A stretch of 64,000 nucleotides of DNA from Octopus vulgaris (GCA_951406725.2 OX597825.1:12338001-12402000), one strand, 5' to 3'. Shown: positions 1-14,546, counted from the first letter of the stretch. Numbers and translations: made by a program. Notes: generated by a model from the sequence alone, not told the origin.

Positions 1-278
1 GTCGACCTCGGCCGAATTTGAACTCAGAACGTAGCGGCAGACAAAATACCTATTTCTTTAATAACCACAAGGGGCTAAACACAGAGAGGACAAACAAGGA
101 CAGATAAACGGATGAAGTCGATTATACCGTCCCCAGGGCGTAACTGGTACTTATTTAATCGACCCCGAAAGGACAAAAGGCAAAGTCGACCTCGGCGGAA
201 TTTGAACTCAGAACGCAACAGTAGACGAAATACCGCTTAGCATTTCGCCCGGCGTGCTAACGTTTCTGCCAGCTCGCC
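1..278 (-). mobile_element. SINE family A (tRNA-like head), full copy joined to a second partial copy that runs off the window
   Basis: Reverse strand has head GGCGAGCTGGCAGAAACGTTAGCACGCCGGGCG, B-box-like GAGTTCAAATTCC, central GCCTTT..CCTTTCGGGGTCGAT..AAGTACCAG and tail AAAGAAATA; junction at 50/51. Confidence 0.9.
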
Positions 279-489
279 GTGCTAACGCTTCTGCTAGCTT
301 CTTACATCACAGCTAGGCCTATGTCTATATGTATCATGAGCTGCAATAACTGTGTGAATCTGACATGCTCAACGTGTCACGCAGTGAGGGTGAACCAGAA
401 ACTTCGTAGGTGGAAAGCTAGCTTCTTACCACAGAGCTACGCCTGTGCCTATATTTATCATGAATCATATGCAATTACACATGCAAAAC

Positions 490-820
490 GTGTGTGTATG
501 TGTGGATGATGGTGTCAGTGCTAGTGTGTGCGAGGTGGTGTGATGTGGTGTGGTGGTGTGGTGTGGCACGACGTGGTGTGTTGAACTTTGGTGTGGTGTG
601 GCGATGTTGGGATGCGAGGACGGGGTGTGGAGCTGTGAAGGTGGTGTGTGTGGATGTGTGGGTTTGGGGGGTGAGGATCTGCGGGTAGAGATGGGGTATA
701 TGGGAGTGAGATGTGTGGTGGTGGGATGGGTGTGGGTGGTGTGGCGTGGTGGTATTGGAAGTCGTTGGGATGGAGGTGGTTAAGATATGTCGGGGTGGAG
801 TGTAGTTGGAGGAGGTAAGT
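490..820. repeat. GT/GTG-rich low-complexity tract
   Basis: Degenerate (GTG)/(GT) repeats; overlapping ORFs are compositional. Confidence 0.85.
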
Positions 821-1194
821 CAAATTGAGGACGTAATGTCCTCTTTACGGATTATAAAATCCAGCGATCCACAGTTATCGATGATCTATTGGGAGAATTT
901 TCGCAGTATGTACGGATAAACTGTCGCATTTACATTTTATATTAATATAAGGAAACGAAGAGTTAATGATGGAAACTTATTTTATTCGTATCATGTTAAT
1001 CACAATAAAATATAACGAATAAATGAATATAGATAAACTTTAAAGGAACATAAGCATATAAAAATTATTTGCTATATTTTATTGTGATGAACATGATAGA
1101 ACTAAAATAAGTATTCAGAATTAACTCTCCGTTTTCTCGTATCAATATATATATACACTCACATATATATACACACTCATATATATATATATAG

Positions 1195-1345
1195 ATATAT
1201 GCGGAGTTTACGAAAAAAAGAAAAGACGAAGACAGTAGGTGTACCAAAAAAACCCAGATGTATTAGTATAACGCTCAGGAATAGAAAAAGTCCTTTACGT
1301 TTCGAAACTACGCTCTTCTACAGAAAGGGATACAGAAATAACAAG
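1195..1345 (-). mobile_element. Penelope-like terminal remnant with degenerate hammerhead-like motif
   Basis: Between microsatellites; reverse strand CTGTAGA-A-GAGCGTAGTTTC-GAAA-CGT-A; related AAAAGACGAAG.CAG segments recur at 9263-9330 and 38240-38290. Confidence 0.45.
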
Positions 1346-1352
1346 GAGAGAA

Positions 1353-1383
<31 letters not shown>

Positions 1384-1396
1384 CACACACACATAC

Positions 1397-1448
<52 letters not shown>

Positions 1449-1465
1449 ATATACATATATACATA

Positions 1466-1654
1466 TGGCCTCAGGCATGGCTGTTTTATAAGAAGCTTGC
1501 AGTCCAACCGCATGGTTCCGTGTTCAGTCCAACGACGGGCTACTTTGAGCAAGCGTCTTCTACTACAGTCTCGTGCCTACCAAAGCCTTGGAAGAAGATT
1601 TGGTAGATGGGAACTGAAAGAAACCCCTTGTGCATATATGTGTGCGTGTGTGTA

Positions 1655-1689
<35 letters not shown>

Positions 1690-1895
1690 TTTTGCGTCTG
1701 TGTTTGTGCTCCTCATACTATTTGAGAACTGGTGTTCGTATGTTTACTTCCTCATAACTTCGCGGCTTCTGCAAAGGAGACCGTTAGCATAAGTACTAGG
1801 TTTAAAAGAAAACAAGTCCCAGGTCGGTTTGTTAGACGAAAACCATTCAAGGCGGTACTCTAGCGTGGCCGCAGTCAACTAACTGGAACAAGAAA
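1466..1895 (+). mobile_element. SINE family B, diverged copy
   Basis: Recognisable head, GAGCAAG.GTCTTCTACTA core, internal (TG)n and GGCGGTACTCTAGCGTGGCCGCAGTC tail. Confidence 0.8.
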
Positions 1896-1918
1896 ATTAT
1901 ATAAAATACGTATATATA

Positions 1919-2340
1919 GGCGTAGGAGTGGCTGTGTGGCAAGTGGCTTGCTTATCAACCATACGGTTCCGGGTTCAGTCCCACTGCGTGGCATCTTGAG
2001 CAAGTGTCTTCTACTATAACCTCGGGCAAACCAAAGCCTTGTGAGTGGATTTGGTAGACGGAAACGGAAAGAAACCCGTCGTATATATGTTTATGTATAT
2101 GTGTGTGTGCGTGTTTGTGTGTGTATGTTTATGTGTCTGTGTTTGTCCCCCAGCATCGCTTGACAACCGGTGCTGGTGTGTTTACGTCCCCGTAACATAG
2201 CGGTTCGGCAAAAGAAAACCGATAGAATAAGTACGAGGCTTACAAAGAATAAGTCCCGTGGTCGATTTGCTCGACTAAAGGCGGTGCTCCAGCATGGCCA
2301 CAGTCAAATGTCTGAAACAAATAAAAGAGTATAAGAGTAG
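1919..2340 (+). mobile_element. SINE family B (tRNA-like head, CORE-like TTGGGCAAGTGTCTT block, internal microsatellite, LINE-like tail)
   Basis: GGCGTAGGAGTGGCTGTGTGG...GGGTTCAGTCCCACTGCG...GGCGGTGCTCCAGCATGGCCACAGTC; more than 10 similar copies in the window. Confidence 0.92.
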
Positions 2341-2978
2341 AGAGAGTATATTTGCATGAAAGTTCGAATGTATGTAGGCATGTATGTGTGTCTGTTTGTT
2401 TATAGATATGTGTGTCTGTATGCAAGCTTGTGCATCGTAGGAAGTTTAACGCTTAACCAAATACCGATAGCTCATTTGCTCATATACTATTTATGAAGTG
2501 TAATGGTTAAACCGTATGGTTTATCTTTGCTTCGTTTACAATTTTTGTGAAGTCGTTTCTGAATATTCTTGTACGTCTTCGAAAGTAGTTCTCAGTAATA
2601 CGTCGAGGATTTGGGTTGCGTTGTAATTGCGATTGGCTGATTGCTGTTTTGCGATATCTTCAGAAGTAGGGCATGTCTGTAGCCGAGTCTAATGAGATGT
2701 CTTAAATTATGACGGTTCTACGATCAAAGCGAAACAAACACCGAAGTGATGTATGCATTACTTTTTCCTTGTCTTTCCTCTTTAGATTCTCCATAGATGC
2801 TTACTATACCGTTTATTACCTTTTTTCTTTTAAATTCAAAATAATACATTTATACACATATAAGCAATTAAACGCACACAGAGATACACATATAAACTAC
2901 AACGTTACAACAAATAACATGTAGATGCACATACACACTCACACACACGTACACGCATATACACGTAAATAATTTATA

Positions 2979-3044
<66 letters not shown>

Positions 3045-3148
3045 TTTATTTATCTATATATATATATAAATTCTATACTTAGATACATATACATCTGCAT
3101 ATCCACATATACATATAGATATTATTTGTTTACATACGTATATGCATA

Positions 3149-3391
3149 AGGCGGCGAGCTGGCAGAGACGTTAGCAGACGTTAGCACGTCGGGCGAAATA
3201 CTTGGCGGTATTTCGTCTGCAGTTACGTTCTGAGTTCAAATTCTGCTGAGGTGGATTTTGCCTTTCATTCTTTCGGGATCGGTTAAATAAGTACCAGTTA
3301 AGCACTGAGGTCGATATAATTGATTTAATCCCTTTTTATGTCCTTGTTTGTCCCCTCTATGTTTAGCCCTCTGTGGGCAATAAAGAAATAA
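3149..3391 (+). mobile_element. SINE family A
   Basis: GGCGGCGAGCTGGCAGA...GAGTTCAAATTC...AAAGAAATA, with a small head duplication. Confidence 0.9.
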
Positions 3392-4437
3392 ATATGTAAG
3401 GGTGGTTAATGATGATGGTGATCGTGATGATGATGACGATGATGATGATGATGAATTGGAGGAGAAGGAAGAGGAGGTGGAGGACTGGGAGGTCGAGGAC
3501 CACAACGACTGTGCTGGATGTGTATATGCATCTGTAAATGCCTGTGGAATCGTCTAAATTTTCTTTTGTCAGAGTAAAGGAACGCCATGGAAAAAGACAT
3601 CGGAGTAATAATAGAATGAATCTTAACCTTCGAGTGAATGAATGAACCTTAACCTTCGACACATTTTCTGTGTGTCACTCTATAATTTCAATTTTTTTGA
3701 ACTTGTGTATGTATATATATATGCGCTTGTTTGAGTGTGTATATGTGTGAGTACACGTGTATGTATGTGTTCGTATGGTATGCACGTTATAACTGGTTCA
3801 GACCTAACTCCACACCAGTACCTGTTTTTGTGAATTTTTTGAAGGATGTTTCAAATTTCCTTATTTAGTACTTCAAACTTTGGCATGAAACATCATTACG
3901 CTTCCAAAGTCGAACGAACTTTAAGACCTTCCTACTCTTATCTCCCTGAGATGAAATGATTTTTAATGGCAGTTGTTATTGCCGTTTTATTCTAGGTTAC
4001 ATTCAAAAGGATGATGCTGTGTCTGGCTGTCTCTTGTTCGTTATCGCCGGGGTTTAATATTGTTTTACTTTTTTTAATATCAAGTTTCTTTCAGCCATCA
4101 GAACATTGCTGTCTGTTGTTAGATTGTTGCTAGGGCAAAATTCTGTGGATTGAATTCCGTGTTGTGCAATCTGCTATTAATATAACTCACATGACCAAAC
4201 TTCTCCACTACTTCTGGTTTTCTTTTTAAGAGATTTATCCACTTAGGTTGTCTTTTATCTCATTTTTATTTCTGTTCTTTTGTTGTTGTTGTTGTTGTTG
4301 CTTTGCACCAAGTCTGCTTTGATTAATCAAACCTAATATCAAAGGACTTTCAGCTGTCACAATCACGGCTTCTTTCTTCGTAGGTACATTATCGGTATGT
4401 ATCGCCAAATGTGTTTTCTCTATTTCAAATTCGTATA

Positions 4438-4669
4438 TATTTCTTTACTACCCACAAGGGGCTAAACACAGAGGGAACAAACAAGGACAGATAGACGGGT
4501 TAAGTCGATTACATCGATCCCAGTGCGTAACTGGTACTTAATTTATCGACCCCGAAAGGATGAAAGGCAAAGTCGACCTCGGCGGAATTTGAACTCAGAA
4601 CGTAGCGGCAGACGAAATACGGCTACTCATTTCGCCCGGCGTGCTAACGTTTCTGTCAGCTCACCGCCT
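4438..4669 (-). mobile_element. SINE family A with target-site duplication
   Basis: Full copy flanked by direct repeat TCTATTTCAAATTCGTATA on both sides. Confidence 0.93.
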
Positions 4670-5542
4670 TTCTATTTCAAATTCGTATAGCGTTGGCTGA
4701 AGCATTTAAGCGTCTATTTCCAGCAGATTGAGTGACTCCATCAATCGGAGATTTTAGTCTGCGTAATAATAATATATAACATTGATTCCCATGGTACCTT
4801 ATGAATCAATGGAACCTTATATGGTACAGTTGGACATAGGCAGGGTTGAATGGTTAATTCGTTCGTTTCTGAACAATAAGATTCTAAATTTGACCCAAGA
4901 GCCTGGATTTCAGTGGACCGAGATTGCATTCTACGCAAGTTCAATTTACTAAATTACATATACAATTTAAATAACACTTGCAGTCTTATCTGAATTACGT
5001 TCTTCTTTGAAGTGCAGAAATCATTTTCCAAGTTCTTTCAATTTAGAGATTATAACTTGCAGGCTCATGTAACTAGTGATTATATTTTGATTTGATTCGT
5101 TGTACATGTGAGATAAATCGACCCAGTGAAATGCGATTCGAGTGCAGAACATTAATAACGTAAGGCCTGTAAATAATGGAATAAAACTACCATTGTACTG
5201 ATGTGGAAATTTGTAAGTAATTGTGTGCTCATCTTTTTAAAGCTCTCGGTCAAATCTCAGTGAACAGATCTACGATCAAAGTTATACGAGGCTTCATTTT
5301 AAACAGGAACATTCGTCTAGAACTATACTTCTTCAAATGTTAAGTTTCCTAGATTTTAACTGACAGGAAGATACGATAGCTATCAGATAAGCGACTGCGT
5401 ACAGACATCCTCAATATTCGTACGTAGAGTTTGTTAACATTAATCAGTATTTTCTCAGGTCTTTCATTCACAGAGATATCTTCGTTCAGCCAATGTGGAG
5501 CTGATTGATTCTTGGTTATATGTTGTAATATACTCCAATATA

Positions 5543-6724
5543 CAGGATGCGGTGAAAGAATTGTGGTCTAAATTGGGCAAAAATGAAAGAAATACTAAAT
5601 TTTAATAGATATATTTACCATAATTACATAAAAATATCTTGAAATACTAAGCAGTAAATTTATCCAATAAAAACATCATTGGCTTCAACCAAAGCCTTCA
5701 GACGACATCGGAATCTTCTTTAAATTCTTCTAGTCGGTCTCCTTGTTTATGTTGGTGGATGCTGCCATAATCCTTGCCTTCAGTTCATCTTTGATGTTAC
5801 AAGGAGTTTTGTTGGTCTCTCGGTCAACTGCGCCCCATACATAATAATCGAGGGAGTTATTTGGCCAGATGTTAGGAGTCATGTGGCCGCAGAAATTGTC
5901 CTACTCCAGGCACTTGACGTAGGCCTCTGTGTGTACTCTGAAGCTGTGTGGGAAGGTGGGTAGAGGCATATCGTCGCCATCATTAGCGATCACTTCAAAT
6001 ACCATGATGTTGACCGAATGTTTGATTCTTATCACGCTAGGTACACATTTTGGAGACACGGCAAGAAAAGGGTTGTTCTGGGTACTCACCATCGGCTCCT
6101 GGCAGAAATTTTTCCCGTCTGAGAAAAAGCAAAAACGTTATCGGTTTGAGGGGATGATGGAGTTTGTTCAAAAGCTTCATAATAAGTCTTTCCTACTCTC
6201 CTTGATGGCTTGGGATAAAAATTGGCTCTTTCTCATCTTGTATGAGGAATACCAAATGTCTTCATGCACTACCGGCCTGTAGAGAAAATTAGACAGTCCA
6301 ATCTCCCTGGCAATGGACCCGAGTGACTTGGTGGGGAATTATTGTCAATCATAGCTTGTATTTCACCAACAAATTCAGGAGTTCTTTTCTTATCAGACCG
6401 ATCAGAGTGAATGCTCCGAGCTGCCGTACCTTCGTAATCACTATTACACTCATCCAACTCTTTCAGAATCGTGTGCACTGTCCTCAGATTGACACCCAAA
6501 CCATTCTGAAATGCTCGTATTGGAGCTTCTCGCGTGAATGCCAAACAGTACTGCATGTCGTTTCCAAATTTCTGGCAGAGTGAATTGCGCCATGGTGCTG
6601 TTTTACCCACAGACTGTGCCCACTTGAGCTGACGTTACATTGTAGTGGACAAAATCAAAAACAAACAATACGCATAGGCAAAATAAAAAATATAAAATGG
6701 CGACAATTTACGCATCGCATCCTA
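5543..6724 (-). mobile_element. Decayed Tc1/mariner transposon, DD37D (maT)-type
   Basis: TA-flanked imperfect TIRs (CAGGATGCGGTG.. / ..CATCGCATCCTA); broken transposase peptides FFSDGKNFCQ, QNN..LAVSP, IMVF.VI..DG, TPNIWPN..SLDYYVWGAV; second copy at 59100-59808. Confidence 0.85.
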
Positions 6725-7069
6725 TATAATACAAAGTTGGAAACACTGAAAGTCTACACTGTTGAGTAATACCGTCGAAATTTTGGAGAATTATAGATGA
6801 TACAATGACATTTTTGGTCGCATTAGAAGGCAAAAACGTAGTAAGCAATCTACTTCCAAGTTCTCCCGATAATTATGGAAAAAGAAACCAAAACACATCT
6901 ACTATTCTTCACCTTTTTGCAACCGGAAGTATTATTCCAATATATCAGAGTGGAAGTTCCATCAGAATTACTTGCTAAAACGAAGCTAATAGCCATAAGG
7001 CTAATAAATGGTAATGACAAACAAAACGACGTAGTTAGTCCTTGTACACATGACAGAAAAATTGTTAAG

Positions 7070-7197
<128 letters not shown>

Positions 7198-7768
7198 TAT
7201 CACATATATAAGTTAGTGATGTATATGTATATGTATAAATATATATATATATACACAAACACACACACACACACGCACACACACACATACACACATACAC
7301 ACACATATACACATATAACGTAGTGATGTATCATTACTGATTGTGTATTTATGAATATATTTAAAACGGCCAATGGCCTTACAGATAAAGTACATCGTGA
7401 TTGCAGACAGAACGAAATGGAATTGAAAGCGAAAAGTGAAAATACAAACAAATAAAATATAAATATAGTGAAACGTGTACAACAAAAATATAGCAATAAA
7501 CACACGCGCACACACGCTCATACACACACACACACACACAGAGGAAAATATCGACAATAAAAGGGCAACGAATGTTGACACTCACATCGTTTCCGTCAGA
7601 ACATCCGACTGAAAACTGATTGAAAGGTCGATGAACTCATTATATGTTTTTATGAAAAGAAAAGCAAAATTAAAGAACTAATATAGAAATATGAAATAAA
7701 TTGAAAATTGCAGTTTAGTTCTGTTTCAATCAGACATACATAAAAGAAAAACATATTTTCAATATTTA

Positions 7769-7816
<48 letters not shown>

Positions 7817-7849
7817 GCTCCTTCAGCAACAACACACCTTTGATAAACC

Positions 7850-8010
7850 CACTGGCTACTACTGATTCCAGGCCCTCTTGAAGCCGTCACTTTGAACTTA
7901 CGGAGACTTGAGGAAGCACAACTAGATCCCGTAATGCAGTGAAACGGTTGCATAAGGAAGTACCTGCACGTTTGGAGTACTACGTTGCGTAGAAACATAT
8001 GTAGTGATTA
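7850..8010 (+). mobile_element. Possible decayed C-terminus of an RLE-type LINE
   Basis: IPGPLEAVTLNLRRL...ETVA*GST..VLR weakly resembles the G.LG....L..L...QK.V.LGT..ILR end seen intact at 30098-30520. Confidence 0.35.
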
Positions 8011-8429
8011 AAAAATATATATCTACCCGTACCCATTCCTGTTGAGCCCAAACTTTTTCCCATTATCTATTTACACACGGCAGATGCCCAAACGCAAGCC
8101 TGGAGGTACGCATAATACAACTGCTGGATAGCACGGGGTAAATTTAAAAGCTGTTTCAGGAGCATCAGATTGTTCTGTAGTGTCTTTTAGGATGATAAAT
8201 ATATATAACTCGTTAAATTAACAGTTCCGCTCTGTATCTTCTCATGTTGTTTGAAGAAAAGCTCCAAATTAAAGGATGTATCTTAATTTCTATAGAAGGG
8301 CACTAATAAAACAATAGGTGCAAAAAAAGAAACGAGTACGAAGTACAGCGATAAAAGTATTAAAAATAACCGAGAGAGAGAGAGAAAGAGAGAGAGAGAG
8401 AAAGAGTGAGAGATAGATGCATATATATA

Positions 8430-8590
8430 TACATAACACGGGCTTCTCTCACTTTCTGTCTACCAAATCCACTCACAAGTCTTTGGTCGACACAAGACTA
8501 TAGTAGAAGACACTTTCCCAAGTGGCCACTGAATCCAGAACCATGTGACTGGAAAGCAAGCTTCTTACCACACAGCAACGCCTGCGCCTA
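8430..8590 (-). mobile_element. SINE family B, 5' part
   Basis: CCAAATCCACTCACAAG...AGAAGACACTT..CCAAG...CTTACCACACAGC..GCCTGCGCC. Confidence 0.8.
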
Positions 8591-9083
8591 TAGGTGTGTT
8601 TGTGTGTGTGTGTGAGAGAGAGAGAGTGTGTGTGTGTGTATATGACTGAGTGTGAGTATGTATGCATATTTCTGTACGTATTCGTAGAAAAGTAACAGAC
8701 TCTATACGAAAGGTTCAAAATAGTGATTTCTAACAAACAGCGAAGCTGCAGATTAGATTTTAAGCTTAAAAATACGACAGTTTTATATGTTGAATCATAC
8801 TCTAAATTTCCATTTAGAAACCCCAAACAGCTTAACGAACAACAAGCAACGAGCAAGAACATGCCATCACAGACTGATATTTCATCGAATTCTTTGACGT
8901 CTGCATTCGGTAGACTCCGTGCAACCGCATTCGCAAATTTAATATTCATTTACCACACATAAATTAACTTAAGATTCTACAAACTTCCAGCATAAAATTT
9001 TACTTAACAATCTTTATTTTATTATGCTGCTACGTAAGCAAAATAAATCTTTCCCTCTGCTCTTCTCACACACATTCCATCTG

Positions 9084-9500
<417 letters not shown>

Positions 9501-10220
9501 GAGGAATGCATACGTATTTTCGTGTAGGTGTATGCGTGTGAATGTGTGAAGGTAGTTGTATTTGTGTGATTGCAGGTGTTTGCTTCAGAGACTCAGCGTG
9601 TGTTCCCAATTGCACACTTTGATTATGATACACGGCAGTACGAAACCAGTTTGAAATTGTTTAAATGTGAAACAAACAGATTTGAATAAGAAATGACAAT
9701 GTCGCCGAAATTGTGGTTTTATGCAACACAATGTTAAATGAAGTCAGACATATTGACTGTTTCTGTATCAAAACCGACTGAAATTAAAATAATCAAATAT
9801 ACACAAAAACACGCATGCAGCTGTCTTTAACTCTGTTTCTGTCTCTCACTCTTTCTCTGTCTTTCTGTCTGTCTGTCTGCCTCTCTCTCTCTCTCTGTAT
9901 CTATCTATAAAACATGTACGTATATATGATTTCATGCATATGTATGTGTGTGTGTGTTTACATGCGATTGTACGTGTATGTGAATAAGCATATATCATAT
10001 CACATGAACATAAACACATACATATACACGCGTTCACACACATACACACACATGCATACACACGCACACATATGTTTATCTGTAAATATATTTTTGCACA
10101 CACACACACACACATATGTATATACATATATATATATATATATATATACATATATATAGAGAGAGAGAGAGAGAGATAAATGTATGTATATATGTGTATA
10201 TATATATATATATATGTGCA

Positions 10221-10280
<60 letters not shown>

Positions 10281-10588
10281 TATAGACATACATGATCAAA
10301 CATATATGATATATTATATATCATGTATTATCTAATATTTGATATTTTATGCTATACAAAGCTTTGCATACTTCTGGTGAATGAACCAGTTTTGAGATGG
10401 ACTTTGCAAAGTAGATCCCATCAATATATCATCTTATACTATTATTAAATTACAACAAAGAATGTGAACTAATTTTATTTACCGATTTGTCTGAAAATTT
10501 CATTGAATATTTCAAAAATGTTTCCCCATCTTTCCTTCACCTCCTTATATAGACACGATCATCTCTTGTAACCGTCTCAGGTTTATAT

Positions 10589-10819
10589 ATTTCTTTACTG
10601 CGCACAAGGGGCTAAACATAGAGGGGACAAACAAGGACAGACAAAGGGATTAAGTCGATTACATCGACTCTTGTGCGAAACTGGTACTTTATTTATCGAC
10701 CCAGAAAAGATGAAAGGCAAATTCGACCTCGGCGGAATTTGAACTCAGAAAGTAGCGGCAAACGAAATACCACTGAGAGTTTCGCCCGGCGCGCTAACGT
10801 TTCTGCCAGCTCGTCGCCT
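10589..10819 (-). mobile_element. SINE family A
   Basis: Full copy; flanking direct repeat CTCAGGTTTATAT. Confidence 0.9.
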
Positions 10820-10891
10820 AAACCGGCTCAGGTTTATATTCGACAAATCGAACGTAAACACACATTTACATTGGGTTTATTGTACATATAA

Positions 10892-11287
10892 CTAGCAGTA
10901 TCGCCCGGCGCTGCTCGGGTTTGTAAGGGCAATAACTATATAAGCATTTTTAGAGAGTTATAGCCAAAAAACAGCAAAAAATGCATTAAAAATGGGAAAA
11001 AAATTATGGTAATTTTTTTTTAAATCGTTGACTCATCGTAGACATTTTTAGAGAGTTACTTCCCTTTATTTAAAAAATATGCTTTAAAATGGAAAAGAAT
11101 TATGGTAAATTATTTTTAAAATCGTAGACTCATCGTAGACGCGTGCTAATACCCAGAAGGGCTCGATATGAATCACGACTATAAGATACCCGGTTTTGGT
11201 TAAACTACACCGCAAAATGTGGGAGTAGTTAGGAATCTAAATCGTAGGAGACAGACACACAAACAACTTCACTTTTATATATAAAGA
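10892..11287 (-). mobile_element. Non-autonomous Helitron
   Basis: Reverse strand begins TC, ends CTAG after GC-rich hairpin CCCGAGCAGCGCCGGG, inserted between A and T without TSD; near-identical copy at 16110-16505. Confidence 0.85.
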
Positions 11288-11768
11288 TATACAAAAATTA
11301 TTACAACTTCCAACGTGATATTGTGTCTGGTATTTTAATAATATACTGAAAAAAAAAATAAATAAATACATGCATGTATGAGCGCGCGTGTCTGTATGTC
11401 TTTACATATCTGTATTTCTCCATGTGTTGGTAGTTGACAATGCATGCGAACACAGACTTTCAATATCTTATTAGTTAATACAAAACCGGTTGTGAATTGT
11501 TCCGAAGTGAAATAACCAGATCGGAATAAGAAGAGACGTTGTCAGTGAAATTATAGTTTTATGTAACGCACAGCTAAACGAGGTAAGACAGACGGATTGC
11601 ACTGAATCAATACCGACGAAATTAATATAGACAAAAATACACAGACACACAGATACACGTTCGGTTGCTGTTTCTTTGTCTCTCTCTCTCACTTGGATAT
11701 GTATCTACATGTATATCTATCTACCTATCTATATATACATCTATATATATATAAAGGGTGAAATATAA

Positions 11769-12155
11769 TCTCTCTCTATATAAACGGCAGTTTGTCTGTG
11801 CGTTTTCTGTGTGTCTGTTTTCTCGTACCCTCACTCTGACCACGGCTTTCAACCGATTCTGATGAAACTTGACACACACATAGCCCAATGTCATAATTCA
11901 AAACTAACGCAGCGAAAATTTTGAAAAGTTCCCCCAGTTCTGAAAAAAAATCGATAAATTCGACATGGGGTCGAGAATCAGGAACCTAAACCACAGACCG
12001 TCTAGGGGACGCAACTCCACCATTTTTAACTCTCAAAAAAAATTTACCATAATTTTTTTTTCCATTTTTTTGCTATTTTTTGGCTATAACTCTCTAAAAA
12101 TGCTTTATAGTTATTTTCCCTTACAAACCTGAGCAACGCCGGGCGATACTGCTAG
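11769..12155 (+). mobile_element. Non-autonomous Helitron, second subfamily with shared 3' end
   Basis: A|TC...CCTGAGCAACGCCGGGCGATACTGCTAG|T; last ~120 bp match the 10892 copy, 5' and internal parts differ. Confidence 0.85.
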
Positions 12156-13044
12156 TTAATTTAATAAAATCAATAAATTTCACCTAGTAGTCTTTCGGTA
12201 TGGAAAGGACCATATTCGGTAAAAAATAATATATATGTAATTATAATAAAGGGTTATTTGCAACAAGTTGCTTAAACCACATACCGAAAATATTAGAAAT
12301 AGCAGCCAAATAGGTTACCTTTACTATTACTACAAAAATAAGTCTCCACAAACAATAGTATTTGTAACCCGTATATGGGTATATACATCTATTTGTAACC
12401 CGTATATGTATATATACATCTATATAAATATATACATAAGTGTGTGTATATGTGTGTTTATGTGTATATGTGTTTTTTACTGTCGGCCGAATTGTTGCAC
12501 GCAATATTCGAAGAGGACAGGCAGAAAATCGCACAGAAAGCGGGAAGGAAGAGAAAAATATGATTATTGAATGTTAAATACAAAATGCAACGTGTTGTGA
12601 ATGTTATCAGATTGATAGTTTGAGGAGTAGACATTGATTTTATAAATCAAGATATGTTATTTAAAATACTTCTGTAAATCATGTTGAATAGTTTGTGCTG
12701 GTCTTTGCGTTGTTGCGACTGCAATTTTGTCGAGGGTCAGTCATTAACTGCCTGCTATGGACTAATTACTTGTTTCCTATTATCCGGAATGCTTGGCGCG
12801 CATGGCAACGTGTCTCTAGTATTACGCTCCGGATTCACATTTGAAATGTCATCTACGTGGCCATTTTTATTATATTTACGATGGCCCCTCGGCCTTCTCA
12901 TTGAACCAAAGAAGTGAAGAAAGATGCACTCATAATTCTTCTTCTATTAGCGGGGAAATTAATTAAGCGTTGCTCGCTAATTGTGTGATCCTGTTTCTTG
13001 ATTGATTTCAGATTTGAAACGACGAATAAGGTCATTATTCTTTT

Positions 13045-13406
13045 ATTCTTTTATTTGTTTTAGTCATTTGACTGCTGAAGCACCGCTTTTAGTCGCGCAA
13101 ACCAACCCCAGAGCTTATTCTTTGTAAGCCTAGTACTTATTCTATCGGTGCCTTTTGCCAAACCGCTAAGTTATGGGGACGTAAATACATCAGCATCGGT
13201 TGTCAAGCGACGTTGGGTAGACAAACGCGGACACACAAAGATACACACACATATATATACATATATATACGACGGGCTTCTTTCAGTTTACGCATACCAA
13301 ATCCACCCACAAGGCTTTCGTCGGCCAACGGTGCCTCGAAGTGGGACTGAACCCAGAACCATGTGGTTGGTAAGCAAGCTACTTACAGCACAGCCACTCG
13401 TGCGCC
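13045..13406 (-). mobile_element. SINE family B
   Basis: Reverse complement of family B with internal deletions. Confidence 0.88.
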
Positions 13407-13458
13407 AATTTACATTATTAACATTTGACAGATATTTGCCCTCATCCTTTTGTTGTTA

Positions 13459-13502
13459 ACACAACATTTCGGCTGATATACCCTCCAGTCTTCATCAGGT
13501 GT
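13459..13502 (-). ncRNA. Minimal type-I hammerhead ribozyme motif (PLE-type), slightly mutated
   Basis: ACAC-CTGATGA-A-GACTG(loop)CAGCC-GAAA-TG-T-T-GTGT; one mismatch in stem II, and ATGT in place of palindromic ACGT in stem III. Confidence 0.7.
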
Positions 13503-13555
13503 CTTGGGGAAATTTCGAACCTGGGTTCTCATTCCTAAGGTATTTTTCCATGTTG

Positions 13556-13820
<265 letters not shown>

Positions 13821-14392
13821 GAAACGCTGTGTAAACAACAAACAAGAGGAGGACAAATATAATGTAAATAATGTACATAATTCCTCATCTATTAAATATA
13901 GATCTCGAATAAGGTGCCATAGGTTATATTTTTCTCTTCCTTCTTTCCAAGATGGCTGTTGTGGATAATATAATTTCTGAGTAAAATGAATATGACTTGC
14001 ACCTTCGATTTGGTATCGACAATGTGTTCGTCCTGTTTTATAAAATAATACGTAACTTAAACTAAAATGAAAGCAAACTGTTATTAGTTGTAACTCTGGA
14101 AAGGACTCATATCGTCCTGTATATGACTATTACATGTATCGATCTTACGTTAATAGAAAGCAAGATTTGAGCTCCCAATTCATAGAACTTATACAATATT
14201 GAATTTATTAAGTTGATGTAATGTCTGCAAATCCTTGCAAAATAACGGGGACAAATTCGCTTTGTGAAGAATTCAATAGGACTTCATTGTGTAAATTATA
14301 AGTACAGGACGCACCTTGTCACAGCCTTTACAAAACACTTTGAAACAACTCTAAATTACAATCGATTATAGAAGCTGCTTTTTGTATGTATG

Positions 14393-14460
<68 letters not shown>

Positions 14461-14546
14461 CATATATATACATATATATATATATAACTCCAAACTTAAA
14501 GCGAATTCAATTTAATATTAAATCGAATTTCACAATATAAATATCG

